Shown here one piece after another: positions 35,821 to 45,194 of a stretch of DNA of 64,000 nucleotides; positions within the stretch are counted from its first letter, which is position 1; each line of letters starts with the position of its first letter. This stretch comes from Aureliella sp. (lineage in GTDB: Bacteria; Planctomycetota; Planctomycetia; Pirellulales; Pirellulaceae): positions 1,952,001-2,016,000 of the forward strand of contig OY829846.1 of the NCBI GenBank assembly GCA_963691875.1, given 5' to 3'. The position numbers were made by a program, and so were the translations under genes. The notes under the pieces are model-generated. The model saw only the letters and a list, made by a program, of their open reading frames with translations. It was not told where the DNA came from and did not search any database.

Positions 35821-37320
35821 TCAAATTTTTGGAGGCTGCCAAGCCGGAATCCCTTTTTCCGCTTTTTGTCTCTCGTAGCGAACGGCCTGAGGTTGCTCAG
35901 GAGCGAAGAGCGCATCTTCGTTCACCATTAAAGGCACGGTGTCCTGCCACCATTTGTCGTAAGCCGCCCGCAATTCGGCTACAACCTTTGGATACCGGTC
36001 GATGACGTTGGTGCTTTCGTAAGGATCCATGCTAATGTCGTACAGCTCGCGATTATTCACCAGCCGCCAACGCTCACTGCGTACTGCGCAGTTCTTAAAC
36101 TTATACAAGTTAGGATCCGCTCCCTTCTCCCAGCGACCTTGATGCACAAACAAGTTTCGGTCAGGCAAGTCAGTCGTCGGATCCTCGAGAAGCGGCATCA
36201 TGCTGCGACCATCGATCGCGTGCACGTTCTCCGGAATGTCGACGCCTGCCAACTCGCAGAAAGTTTTATACAAATCGATGTGTGCGGATAGCTCACCGAT
36301 GTCGACACCTTCGCCAAGCACTCCTTTCCAACGCCAAAACGCTGGTACATGAGTTCCGCCTTCGTAAGGAGATCCTTTGCCGGTTTTGAATCCCGCAGTG
36401 AAGATCGGCACACGCTTACCATTCTTTTTGCCACCTCGACCTGCTTGTCCGTTGTCGGTCATGAAGATGACCAAAGTGTTCTCCCATGCGTTCCACTCAT
36501 CCAGTTTTTGCATGAGCAAGCCCATATTGTCGTCGATATTCTCGATCATACCGTAACGCCCGGCGACGCTGGCGTCCCAACCATCGTCCAAGAACCGCTT
36601 CTTGTACTTCTCGGGTGCAATCATCGGCCCATGTGGAGCATTGAGCGTCAGGTAAGTGAAGAACGGCTGTTGGGAGTCCAGTTGCTGCTTCGTCCACCCC
36701 AGGGCGGCATGAAAGAAAACATCGGTGCAGAATCCCTTGGTGTTTACGATCGTGTCGTCATTCAGGATCGCGCAGTCAAAGTACCTTGTTTCCTTGCTTC
36801 GGTTCGGCGGAAAGTCAGCGCAGCTACCTGGATAGGATTGGCCAATGCCGCCCGCTCCGTGAATGAATGTCTTCGTAAAGCCACGATTGTATGGCTGATA
36901 CGCATCTTCATCGCCCAAATGCCACTTGCCAAAGATTCCGGTCTTGTAACCACTTTGGCTCAACAGCTTGACAAAGGTCGTTGTGCTGAGTGCCATGCGT
37001 TCGCGTTCCTTGATCGTATGCGTCACACCGTTGCGGAACTCATGTCGCCCGCTGAATATGGCAGAACGCGTCGGCGCGCATGTAGGACTGACATGAAAGT
37101 CCGTGAAACGCGTCGAGATCTTGTAAAACTTGTCCAAGTTTGGCGTCCGCAACACCTGATTACCCATGCAGGACAAATCTCCCAGGCCTTGATCGTCGGT
37201 CATCACCAAGATGATGTTTGGACGCGTTCCACGCAGATCCACCGCCAGGCTGATGCAGGAAAAGGCGGCTACAAGAGGAGTCGCGAGCAGGCCGGAAAAC
37301 GTTTTTCGATTGCGAATCAT
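35821..37320 (-). CDS. Arylsulfatase (formylglycine-dependent)
   Basis: PNIILVMTDD, SPTCAPTR, GKWHLG, APHGP and TDNG. Confidence 0.93.
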   Translation of the reverse strand: MIRNRKTFSGLLATPLVAAFSCISLAVDLRGTRPNIILVMTDDQGLGDLSCMGNQVLRTPNLDKFYKISTRFTDFHVSPTCAPTRSAIFSGRHEFRNGVTHTIKERERMALSTTTFVKLLSQSGYKTGIFGKWHLGDEDAYQPYNRGFTKTFIHGAGGIGQSYPGSCADFPPNRSKETRYFDCAILNDDTIVNTKGFCTDVFFHAALGWTKQQLDSQQPFFTYLTLNAPHGPMIAPEKYKKRFLDDGWDASVAGRYGMIENIDDNMGLLMQKLDEWNAWENTLVIFMTDNGQAGRGGKKNGKRVPIFTAGFKTGKGSPYEGGTHVPAFWRWKGVLGEGVDIGELSAHIDLYKTFCELAGVDIPENVHAIDGRSMMPLLEDPTTDLPDRNLFVHQGRWEKGADPNLYKFKNCAVRSERWRLVNNRELYDISMDPYESTNVIDRYPKVVAELRAAYDKWWQDTVPLMVNEDALFAPEQPQAVRYERQKAEKGIPAWQPPKI

Positions 37321-37401
37321 GAAATGACTCCTGGGCTGGGAGAGGGAATGAAGGACTGGCGATTGCAACTGGAAGTGTCTGCGAAAAGATCAATACCGCT
37401 T

Positions 37402-39285
37402 CTACGGAATGCGAATCCAATCCACTTCGACCAGCGCATCAGGCTTTCCAACCAAACTGATTTTGATTTGTTCGACAGTTCCTTGCCAGCTTTGGGGCAG
37501 ATCGAGTTGTGCTGTTTGGTACTCTTTATCGCTGGACATGGCGACCGCAGCACTGGATTGCATCCGACCATCCTCGCTGCTGGCTGCGAAGGAGATCTCA
37601 AGATCCGTAGTAGCTCGTATCCGAATTTGAAGTTTCCCCTGGTTCTGTTTGGCGTTGAGTTTGAGCTTGGATCGCACCAATTCAACTTTGCCGCCTGCCA
37701 AATGGAAGTCCAAAAAACCTTGTCGCCCAGCGATATTGCCAACCTCAACTTGCGAAGCCGCCCAGCCTTCCGTTTGCCAACCGCCACAATCGAACGTGAA
37801 CAACAGCTTACCATCGGCGGGATCGCGACCGTTGATCTTTTCCCAAGAGTCCGACAAACCGTCGCCGTCAGTGTCCTCGCGAACCACCTCGTATTCTGGA
37901 TTTACAGCCAGGCCCCACTTATGACCATCCGCCTGATAACGTAGTTCTTCGTGTGACTCTTCTTCCGCACCACGATCGCCCTTGGCGAGCCACTCGTCTA
38001 AATACCTACGGTGTTTAGCCACTTGCTCAGCATAGGCGGGGTCATCAATCAAGTTATTTAGCTGACTTGGATCGGCTTTGACGTCGTAGAGCTCTTCGGG
38101 TGGGCGCTCGCCGAAGTAGATTTCCGTAAGCTTTGGAGAAAGTTCTCCGCTTGCGTAGAGCGCGCGAAGGTTTATCAGATAGTCCTTTCTGTCACGATAC
38201 TGTGGCTGGAGAAAAATCCGGTCCAACTTATAGTTCCGCGTGTAGCGAAATCGATCGGTCCGCAGTGTCCGCACACGATCCAGGGTGTGATCCAGTCGAT
38301 CTTTGGCAGCAGCGACATAGGTTCGTGGAACAAGCTTGAATCCGAAGAGATCTTGCCCTTCGTACCATTTCGGCTGCTTGATTCCGGCCCAAGCCAAAGT
38401 TGTTGCCGACAAGTCGAGTAAGTTGACCAAGTCGTCACGAACTGACGGAGCCGGCACCCAGGGATCTGGCCCAGCAATGATAAAAGGCACATGCAATCCG
38501 CCTTCGGTCGGCATTTGCTTGTGACGCACTAAGTTATTCGCTCCGTGATCACCAAAGTAAACAATGACAGTATTGTTCGCTAACCCGTTCGCTTGCAGAT
38601 CTTTCAGTACCTGCCCGATAAAGTCATCGTCCTTGCGAATCGCGTCGTAGTGCTGAGCCACTGTCCGGCGGTAGAGATCGTTCTGTGGATAGTCGGGAGG
38701 AACCGTCACCTCAGCAGGATCGGCCTTTCGCTCGGCCGGAAAATTACCGGTGTTATTCTTGCCTCCGGCAGTTTGAATTTGCCCAAAGAATGGCTGCTGT
38801 TTCTTAAGCTGGTCCCAAGGAACTTGAGTTCTCGACTTGGCCTGATAGCTGTAAGTCGCCTTTTCGTCCCACACAAAGTTGTAGTCCGTCTTGCCGCAAT
38901 TAAAGGTGAAGTAGCCGCCTTCCTTCATCAACTGCGGCAACAGCTTCAAGTTCTTCGGCAGGTACAACTTCGCCGGCCCGCGAGAAGAGCGATGTTCATG
39001 CGCATTGAAACGAATTTGGCTCTGGCCGCCCATCAAGGCTGATCGGCAAGCCGAGCAGACAGGAGCTGGCACATAGGCTCTTGAGAATCTCACGCCTCTT
39101 GCTGCCAGACCGTCAATGCTTGGCGTCTTCCCTTTGTTGACTTCGTCACCATAGCAACCCATCCAGGGCGAGGTATCTTCAGCAAACAACCAAAGAATAT
39201 TCGGGCGTTCCTTGGCTTCAGCTCCTGCAAAAGCTGCAAGCCAAATCACGGCAGTTAGGAAGGGAAGATTTCGGCGGACGGACAT
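37402..39285 (-). CDS. Sulfatase with a C-terminal accessory domain
   Basis: PNILWLFAED, PVCSACRS, GKTDYN, GDHG and EELYD; DTDGDGLSDSWE followed by about 130 aa of predicted beta structure. Confidence 0.9.
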   Translation of the reverse strand: MSVRRNLPFLTAVIWLAAFAGAEAKERPNILWLFAEDTSPWMGCYGDEVNKGKTPSIDGLAARGVRFSRAYVPAPVCSACRSALMGGQSQIRFNAHEHRSSRGPAKLYLPKNLKLLPQLMKEGGYFTFNCGKTDYNFVWDEKATYSYQAKSRTQVPWDQLKKQQPFFGQIQTAGGKNNTGNFPAERKADPAEVTVPPDYPQNDLYRRTVAQHYDAIRKDDDFIGQVLKDLQANGLANNTVIVYFGDHGANNLVRHKQMPTEGGLHVPFIIAGPDPWVPAPSVRDDLVNLLDLSATTLAWAGIKQPKWYEGQDLFGFKLVPRTYVAAAKDRLDHTLDRVRTLRTDRFRYTRNYKLDRIFLQPQYRDRKDYLINLRALYASGELSPKLTEIYFGERPPEELYDVKADPSQLNNLIDDPAYAEQVAKHRRYLDEWLAKGDRGAEEESHEELRYQADGHKWGLAVNPEYEVVREDTDGDGLSDSWEKINGRDPADGKLLFTFDCGGWQTEGWAASQVEVGNIAGRQGFLDFHLAGGKVELVRSKLKLNAKQNQGKLQIRIRATTDLEISFAASSEDGRMQSSAAVAMSSDKEYQTAQLDLPQSWQGTVEQIKISLVGKPDALVEVDWIRIP

Positions 39286-39394
39286 GACCATGCTTTTCAG
39301 AGGTGAAGTATTCGAAGGGGCTTCTAGTCTAGCACAGTCAATCACAATGTTCTGGTTGCGAAGAGCTCAGCTTGCCTAGCCATTCTGCGACTAC

Positions 39395-39432
39395 AAAAAA
39401 AGGCCGCAAGCGTGCCAAACGCATGCGACCTT
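39395..39432 (-). terminator. Rho-independent terminator after the DUF1559 gene
   Basis: On the minus strand, AGGTCGCATGCGT-TTGGC-ACGCTTGCGGCCT is followed by a T run. Confidence 0.7.
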
Positions 39433-39455
39433 GAGACTGCAATTTGCCAACGAAA

Positions 39456-40469
39456 CTAGTCCAGGAAACTTACGACTTCGCCACCGTCACGTGTTCCGAT
39501 GCCGCGCCAAGTGGTTGGATCGATATTTTCGCTGACAAAGTGCACAGAACCATCAGCCATACCTGCATTTACACCTCCGGTATGGTAGCTGCGTGACGTG
39601 ACCGCAGCGTAAGTCGGCTCGGTGAGCGACTTGCCTTCGCGTGAGGAGCTGAAGTCAACATCGTAGACCAACCCACCAGCTTCATAGAGCACTTGAGTGT
39701 TCGGTGGAAAGGTCGTGGTAAATCCAGTTTGATGAACGCGACTGTCCACCCATTCGGTGTGCCCCGAGTTTTGCTTAAAATTTCCGCCGAACCCGACAAC
39801 TTCTGCAGGCGAATCAGGTGGCTGGACGCCAAGTACACCGGGGTTGCGGCTGTCTCGCAAATACGGGTTCCAAGCTTTCACCTCGGAAAACATAAGTGTA
39901 TTGCTCGTACCATCGACAATGCTGCCCATATTGCGTTTGTAGGCATTGGGGGAGAAAACTCCTGCGCCACCCCTGTTGTGAACTGGATCATGGACGAACC
40001 AAGTTCCGAAATTAGCTCCGTAATTCAGCGGGTAATACGCGAAGCTGGGATCATTCGGTTTTGGCGACGGACGCTCTTCGTCCTTCACTTCGCTGGGACA
40101 GAGGTAAGTCGGCACTCGCGTCCGAGCCACGTTGCCTTGCTGGCTGTAAGCGAGTCCCCAGTCGATGAGCTTCTGTAGGTTTCCCTGCTCTAGATGAGGC
40201 AGAATGCGCGCTTGGACCGACCAGGAATCGGACGTCAAGTCACGCCGATAAAACCCGCCCGAGGGAAAGCGGCGAAAATTGCCATGGTAGTTGTGAGTCG
40301 CCAACGCAATCTGCTTCAGATTGTTCGAGCAACTCATTCGGCGAGCGGCTTCACGAGCGGCCTGAACCGCGGGTAGCAAAAGGCTCACCAAAATGCTGAT
40401 GATGGCGATGACGACGAGTAATTCAACCAGCGTAAAGCCACTGCGGCTGAGCGAACGATAGACCTTCAT
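39456..40469 (-). CDS. DUF1559 prepilin-type N-terminal cleavage/methylation protein with H-X9-DG motif
   Basis: GFTLVELLVVIAII...LLPAVQAAREAARRMSCSNNLKQ; SYHTGGVNAGMADGSV. Confidence 0.95.
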   Translation of the reverse strand: MKVYRSLSRSGFTLVELLVVIAIISILVSLLLPAVQAAREAARRMSCSNNLKQIALATHNYHGNFRRFPSGGFYRRDLTSDSWSVQARILPHLEQGNLQKLIDWGLAYSQQGNVARTRVPTYLCPSEVKDEERPSPKPNDPSFAYYPLNYGANFGTWFVHDPVHNRGGAGVFSPNAYKRNMGSIVDGTSNTLMFSEVKAWNPYLRDSRNPGVLGVQPPDSPAEVVGFGGNFKQNSGHTEWVDSRVHQTGFTTTFPPNTQVLYEAGGLVYDVDFSSSREGKSLTEPTYAAVTSRSYHTGGVNAGMADGSVHFVSENIDPTTWRGIGTRDGGEVVSFLD

Positions 40470-40553
40470 TGGCCTGCTCCAGTAGAAAAAAGGGGGCTTT
40501 TGCTGCTTCCCGGCACTGGCTGGCTAATGATTGGCTGGCTGACAGTTACTGCA

Positions 40554-40572
40554 ATTGAGATTCAATCTCAAT
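40554..40572. promoter_or_regulatory. Fur-family-like operator ATTGAGAT-TCA-ATCTCAAT
   Basis: 19-bp AT-rich inverted repeat (8-3-8) about 85 bp upstream of the DUF1559 start; geometry matches a Fur/Zur box. Confidence 0.6.
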
Positions 40573-40986
40573 AAAACACATACCAGTCAGGAAATCCTGA
40601 CAAGCGCTTCAGAGGCGATTCTAGATTTTTTCATGCGATTGAGCCTGCGGTTATCTATCACGGCTTCAATTCCAGCTAGTAATAATTCCGAGTCTTGAGC
40701 CGACGCAGTACTAACGAAAACTGATTAGTTTTGCCCGACGCAACCTTGTTCGACGCAATTCACTTTTGCTGAACCATGAATCCGTCTCGAAGCCGGATCC
40801 AGCAAAGCCGGTTTTCAATTTGCGAGTCGCCTGCAATTAGCTCTTGTAGCTTTAATCTCCGAGTGTTACCCTTCTCTCCTCGAAAATACCTGAAATTAGC
40901 GTTCCGAATGGCCATGGTTTCGTATCCGGTCGAAAGTAGGAACTGAGTTGTTCTAAAACTAACAAGTTTCATTACTGAGGTTTTCC

Positions 40987-41271
40987 ATGTCGACCATGCG
41001 TAGGGCTCTCTCAGCAAAGAGCCGTGCTCGCAAGCGTTCCCGAATTCGATCCCGGACTAAGAAGAAGGATCCTTTGTTCGTGGATGGCAAGCGTCCACGT
41101 CCAATGTTCGTGGACTACCGCGATTTGGATACCTTGAAAAAGCTGGTAAACCGTCACGGGCGTATTGTCGGTCGCCGCAAGACGGGTTGCTCAGCAGTTT
41201 CTCAACATGCAGTGACTTCGGCTATTAAGCGAGCTCGATACATGGGCTTGCTGCCATTTGTTGGCGAGTAA
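40987..41271 (+). CDS. rpsR: 30S ribosomal protein bS18
   Basis: VDYRDLDTLKKLVNRHGRIVGRRKTG...QHAVTSAIKRARYMGLLPF. Confidence 0.95.
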   Translation: MSTMRRALSAKSRARKRSRIRSRTKKKDPLFVDGKRPRPMFVDYRDLDTLKKLVNRHGRIVGRRKTGCSAVSQHAVTSAIKRARYMGLLPFVGE

Positions 41272-41296
41272 GGCTTAGCCGGTCAAACGAATCATG

Positions 41297-41326
41297 AAAA
41301 CGCCTCGGTAGTACGAGGCGTTTTTT
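41297..41326 (+). terminator. Rho-independent terminator after rpsR
   Basis: AAAACGCCTCG-GTAGTA-CGAGGCGTTTTTT. Confidence 0.85.
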
Positions 41327-41370
41327 CGTAGACTGAGCTCTTCAAGTCAGCCTTTCGGGGAATTGCCCAG

Positions 41371-41715
41371 ATGCAAAACTGCGAAACACAAAGCCCACCG
41401 AACGGTGAAGAGCTCGACAACGCCCGGATCTCCGAGATGCATAATCTTGGGCCAGCCTGCGAGGAGAATCTCAATGCAGTTGGCATTTGTTCCGCAGCGG
41501 CTTTGCACCAAGTTGGCGTGAAGGAAGCATTTGTCCAACTCTTGATCGGTTGGCGCCAGTGGGACGCCAAAGCCAACTGCTGTAACGCGGCTTACCTCTA
41601 CGCCCTACACGGCGCTCTGCATGACATCGACTGGCGAGAAGCCCCAGAGACTCTAGAGGAAGAGTACAAGGCCTTTGCCGCTGAGACTCGACAGTCTGGG
41701 CAGTTCCAAGGATAG
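41371..41715 (+). CDS. TfoX/Sxy C-terminal domain protein
   Basis: ISEMHNLGPACEENLNAVGI...L...G..EAF...LYALHGALHDIDW. Confidence 0.75.
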   Translation: MQNCETQSPPNGEELDNARISEMHNLGPACEENLNAVGICSAAALHQVGVKEAFVQLLIGWRQWDAKANCCNAAYLYALHGALHDIDWREAPETLEEEYKAFAAETRQSGQFQG

Positions 41716-41718
41716 CTC

Positions 41719-42483
41719 GTGAGCATGGAAGAGTTAACGCCAGAGGAAAAAGCCACTTACGAGTGGCAGATGTGGGTGCCAGATTTCGGCGAAGCGGGTC
41801 AGCAGAAGCTGAAGGACGCGTCGGTGATGATTTCCCGAGCCGGCGGAGTGGGCGGAGTCGTCGCTTATCAACTCGCCGCCGCTGGCATCGGCAAACTGGT
41901 GATTGCTCACGCTGGCGACGTCAAAAACAGCGACTTAAATCGACAGCTCCTGATGACTCACGATCATCTTGGCAAGCCCCGGATAGATTCTATCGTTCGG
42001 CGCTTGAAGGACTTGAATCCGCGTCTTGAGGTAGTTGGCGTTCCTGAGAATGTGGATGACGAAAATGTCGCCCGGCTAGTAGATCAAGTGGACATCATCG
42101 TCGACTGCGCTCCACTTTTTCCAGAGCGCTTCGCCATGAATTCTGAAGCGGTTCGGCAACGAAAGCCGCTAGTGGAATGTGCAATGTATGAACTCGAAGC
42201 ACAGATCACCACAATTGTCCCCGGCGCAACGCCTTGCCTACGATGCCTTTACCCCGAGGCGCCCCCCAGTTGGACTAGGCAGTTCCCTGTATTTGGAGCA
42301 GTCTCTGGTTCTGTCGCCTGCATGGCCGCAATGGAAGTCATCAAACTTGTCGCAGGCATAGGTACTCCATTGCTCGGCAGATTGCTGCAGTACGATCTGC
42401 GCGACATGAGTTTTCATGCGCTGCCAATTTCACGTCGCGAAAACTGTGAGTGCTGCGTAAGCATCAATGGAGGTGAAGCATGA
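41719..42483 (+). CDS. HesA/MoeB/ThiF family E1-like adenylyltransferase
   Basis: GQQKLKDASV, RAGGVGG, SDLNRQ, GKPRI and Zn-binding CLRC/CECC. Confidence 0.9.
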   Translation: MSMEELTPEEKATYEWQMWVPDFGEAGQQKLKDASVMISRAGGVGGVVAYQLAAAGIGKLVIAHAGDVKNSDLNRQLLMTHDHLGKPRIDSIVRRLKDLNPRLEVVGVPENVDDENVARLVDQVDIIVDCAPLFPERFAMNSEAVRQRKPLVECAMYELEAQITTIVPGATPCLRCLYPEAPPSWTRQFPVFGAVSGSVACMAAMEVIKLVAGIGTPLLGRLLQYDLRDMSFHALPISRRENCECCVSINGGEA

Positions 42484-42755
42484 GAGCAACGATCAAACTG
42501 CCTGCCAACATGCGAGGGCTCGCAGACGACAAGGCGACGCATGAGATCGACGCCGAAACCGTTGGCGACGCATTTGAAACGCTTTGCGAACAGTTTCCTG
42601 AGTTGCAGCCGCGATTGCTGGATGCCAAAGGAGAGGTCCTTTCCTTCGTCAACGTTTTTGTCGGCAGTAAGAACCTTCGCGAGCTAGATGGTGGAGACAC
42701 GCTGCTTACAGGAAACACTGAGATTCTCATCGTCGCAGCACTAGCCGGCGGCTAG
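42480..42755 (+). CDS. MoaD/ThiS ubiquitin-like sulfur carrier
   Basis: 91 aa with FVNVFV and C-terminal ALAGG; ATGA overlap with the E1 gene. Confidence 0.9.
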   Translation: MRATIKLPANMRGLADDKATHEIDAETVGDAFETLCEQFPELQPRLLDAKGEVLSFVNVFVGSKNLRELDGGDTLLTGNTEILIVAALAGG

Positions 42756-42770
42756 TCGAGGGAATGCTGC

Positions 42771-42795
42771 GTAGCGGATGTCTTCAAGACGTTCG
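42771..42795 (+). repeat. GTAG-type REP-like hairpin, second copy
   Basis: GTAGCGGATGTCTTCAAGACGTTCG; 21/25 identical to 16426-16450. Confidence 0.55.
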
Positions 42796-42868
42796 ACATT
42801 TCCCATCCGGGCGCACCGATCGGCAGATTGGCTAACACCTCCCCCACACTTCAGCTTGACGAGATCAA

Positions 42869-44320
42869 TTAGGCGGCGCGGGATTGGGCGTGCGATGCGC
42901 AGGTAATCCATTCGGCGATATCATCTTGACTAGGCACGCGGTTGCGTCTGAGAATGCGCTTACCTTCCAAGGTCTGACTGAACTGCTCAATGCGTTTTGC
43001 CAACTCAAACACCTGTTCCGTTGCCAAGGCTTCCTGGTTGCGACAGCCCACTGCGACCAACAACTGAGACTTGTAGCCGCATAGAGCCGGTACTTGGCAG
43101 ACAAGCCGAGCTTGGTCCTGCCATTGCAATAGAAGTTCGATGGTAATCCACCGAGCATTCAACTGTTCCGCAAGCTCCTCAGGCTCCGCATTCAAGAATT
43201 GGCGGACTGTATCGATGCCGATTTTGCGAAACCGCTTCGCTGTTTTGGGGCCAATGGAGGGTGCATCCACCAAATCATGATCCCAATGCAAACTTGGTTC
43301 CGCATCGCTGGTCTGAGTACCGTCTTCTGCCACCGCAGTATTGACTGGGTAGGCTAGCTCATCGGACGAGATTGAAGTCGGCTTCGGCTTCTTGGCGGGC
43401 CGCAGCTGTGAAGCCATCTCGGCGGCGAGTTCCGCTTCTTTTGCTTTTCTCAGCGCTCGAGCTTCGCGCGGCAAGTTCTTTTGGACTTTGCCCGTGGCTT
43501 CAAACTCTTTCAGGATTCGACCCACCGCTAACTTCTCGTTGGTGTCGGAAATTATGCGGACAAACCATGCCATCGGCATGTCGAGAGTTGCGAGAAAAGT
43601 CGTCAGGCTGAGAGAAACTTCGGGCATCGGTGAAGTAGTCTCATCGGCCAAGCGTTCCAAGATCTTGGCCCAACCGCCGATGGCCAGCGCAAAGAGTTCC
43701 GCCAGCACCTTGCGTGACTCCGTATTGAGACCTTCTAGTGGTTTCTTGCAGCCCTTGGCAAGGTCGTACTCGTCGATCAACCAATCGTAGTGCGTGTGCG
43801 ACATGGTCGCAGCTTTTTTTAGACCCTCAGCAAGCCAACCGGATTCTTCGTGCAGTTCGAATTCCCAAGTCAATTGCTTGGCGAGTTCATAGATTTTATC
43901 GTAGGTCTTGCAGACACTCCACTCCATCGGGCGATGCACGACTGACTCTTGTTCGCTCAGCCCAGTGTGCAAAGGCATGACCGGATCGGTAAAGTAGTGG
44001 CTCAGCACTCCGATCGCAAACGCTGCCTTCTTCCACTTGCCTTCATTCAGCAACTCGACCGATTGCTTCCACCATTGGTCGCATGCCGAAAGAGCTCCGC
44101 CCCAGCAGTTGTCGCTGATGTGCACTACATGGTTCTTGAAGTCCTTGAAGTTGCTGTCCGGTGCTTTGGCGCCGACCAAGTATTCGTCATGATGCTTTAG
44201 AAGTAGCTTTGCGAGCAGTTTCCCCTGAGGAGAGGTGATGTGAGAAAGTGCATCGATCGCAAAGTAATGGTGGGTGCTTCGGCAGTGCGCAGCGCGTAGA
44301 ATAGTCAGCAACCGAGACAC
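42869..44320 (-). CDS. Zn-dependent phospholipase C/S1-P1-like domain fused to DUF4332
   Basis: RSTHH, GAKAPD, LSHYFTDPVMPLHT and HRPME; C-terminal DAPSIGPKTAKRF..IGI.TV..FL...WQDQARL. Confidence 0.8.
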   Translation of the reverse strand: MSRLLTILRAAHCRSTHHYFAIDALSHITSPQGKLLAKLLLKHHDEYLVGAKAPDSNFKDFKNHVVHISDNCWGGALSACDQWWKQSVELLNEGKWKKAAFAIGVLSHYFTDPVMPLHTGLSEQESVVHRPMEWSVCKTYDKIYELAKQLTWEFELHEESGWLAEGLKKAATMSHTHYDWLIDEYDLAKGCKKPLEGLNTESRKVLAELFALAIGGWAKILERLADETTSPMPEVSLSLTTFLATLDMPMAWFVRIISDTNEKLAVGRILKEFEATGKVQKNLPREARALRKAKEAELAAEMASQLRPAKKPKPTSISSDELAYPVNTAVAEDGTQTSDAEPSLHWDHDLVDAPSIGPKTAKRFRKIGIDTVRQFLNAEPEELAEQLNARWITIELLLQWQDQARLVCQVPALCGYKSQLLVAVGCRNQEALATEQVFELAKRIEQFSQTLEGKRILRRNRVPSQDDIAEWITCASHAQSRAA

Positions 44321-44447
44321 TTTGCTAGCTTTCGCAAATGAACGGAGAGGGTGGGATCATCCTTGGAGCAGTCGGAAGGATAGCAGGCTTGCCGTTTTGC
44401 TTGCTACTCCGATTTCACGTCCGGGAGCCATGGAAACCGAGGACAAA

Positions 44448-44867
44448 ATGAACGAGACCTACAACCCCACTAACCAACCTCCTGCCTCTAGTGCGGCACA
44501 AACACTTGCCGTCTCTTATGCACTCGGAGTAGTCGGTGCGTTAATCGGAGCCATCGTGTCCTTCTACCTTTACCGCTACACACTTCAATTCGGCATGGTC
44601 TTCATGGCGCTGCCAGGAGCACTAGCTGGCTTGGGCTGCGGGTACTTATCTAAAATTCGCTCGATCCCGCTTGGGATCGTGGCGGCCATCGTGTCTATTG
44701 CTGCCGCTATATTTATGCGTTATTCGAATTGGGTGCTTGTAGACCAGCACAGTTTTGGGCACTACCTGAGCAACGGTATTTGGTGGAGCTCGATGAGTGG
44801 CAAGCTGATGATTGGTACCAGCGGCCTGTTCGGTTTTTGGCTGGGAATAGGGCGTCAACGTAGATAG
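44448..44867 (+). CDS. Hypothetical membrane protein
   Basis: About four Gly-rich hydrophobic helices. Confidence 0.65.
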   Translation: MNETYNPTNQPPASSAAQTLAVSYALGVVGALIGAIVSFYLYRYTLQFGMVFMALPGALAGLGCGYLSKIRSIPLGIVAAIVSIAAAIFMRYSNWVLVDQHSFGHYLSNGIWWSSMSGKLMIGTSGLFGFWLGIGRQRR

Positions 44868-44948
44868 CTTAAGAGGAAGGATCATCCCGCGCGACCCTAC
44901 CGGGGCGTACGAAAACCAACGGTGCCACTTACTTAGTCGGTAGTAGCA

Positions 44949-45047
44949 CCGGAGCTAACGCTCGGCGGCTAAGAGGAGCATCCGACGTTAGCCGTTTCGC
45001 CGTCAGCGAGCGATCCTCCGCTGTCCCTCGCTCATGCTTCGGGACAC
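44949..45047. repeat. Cluster of degenerate REP-like palindromic elements
   Basis: CCGGAGCTAACGCTCGGCGGCTA, TTAGCCGTTTCGCCGTCAGCGA and CCCTCGCTCATGCTTCGGGA; shares the CGTTAGCCG word with 47022-47030. Confidence 0.4.
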
Positions 45048-45194
45048 CAAACCGCGCAGCTTCAAACTACACTAAGCCCTAAGCATGCTATGCCGCGCTG
45101 GTCTTTCAACCTTGAGATCTGCTAGAATGACGTCTCCACTAAGGCCACGTTGAGCTTGTTCACTCAGCTTCCCTCCCGCCGAGGCCGACGAAGC

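Noticed and set aside
36349..37944. 531-aa plus-strand ORF
   Set aside because: It is the antisense shadow of two clear sulfatase genes and has no motifs.
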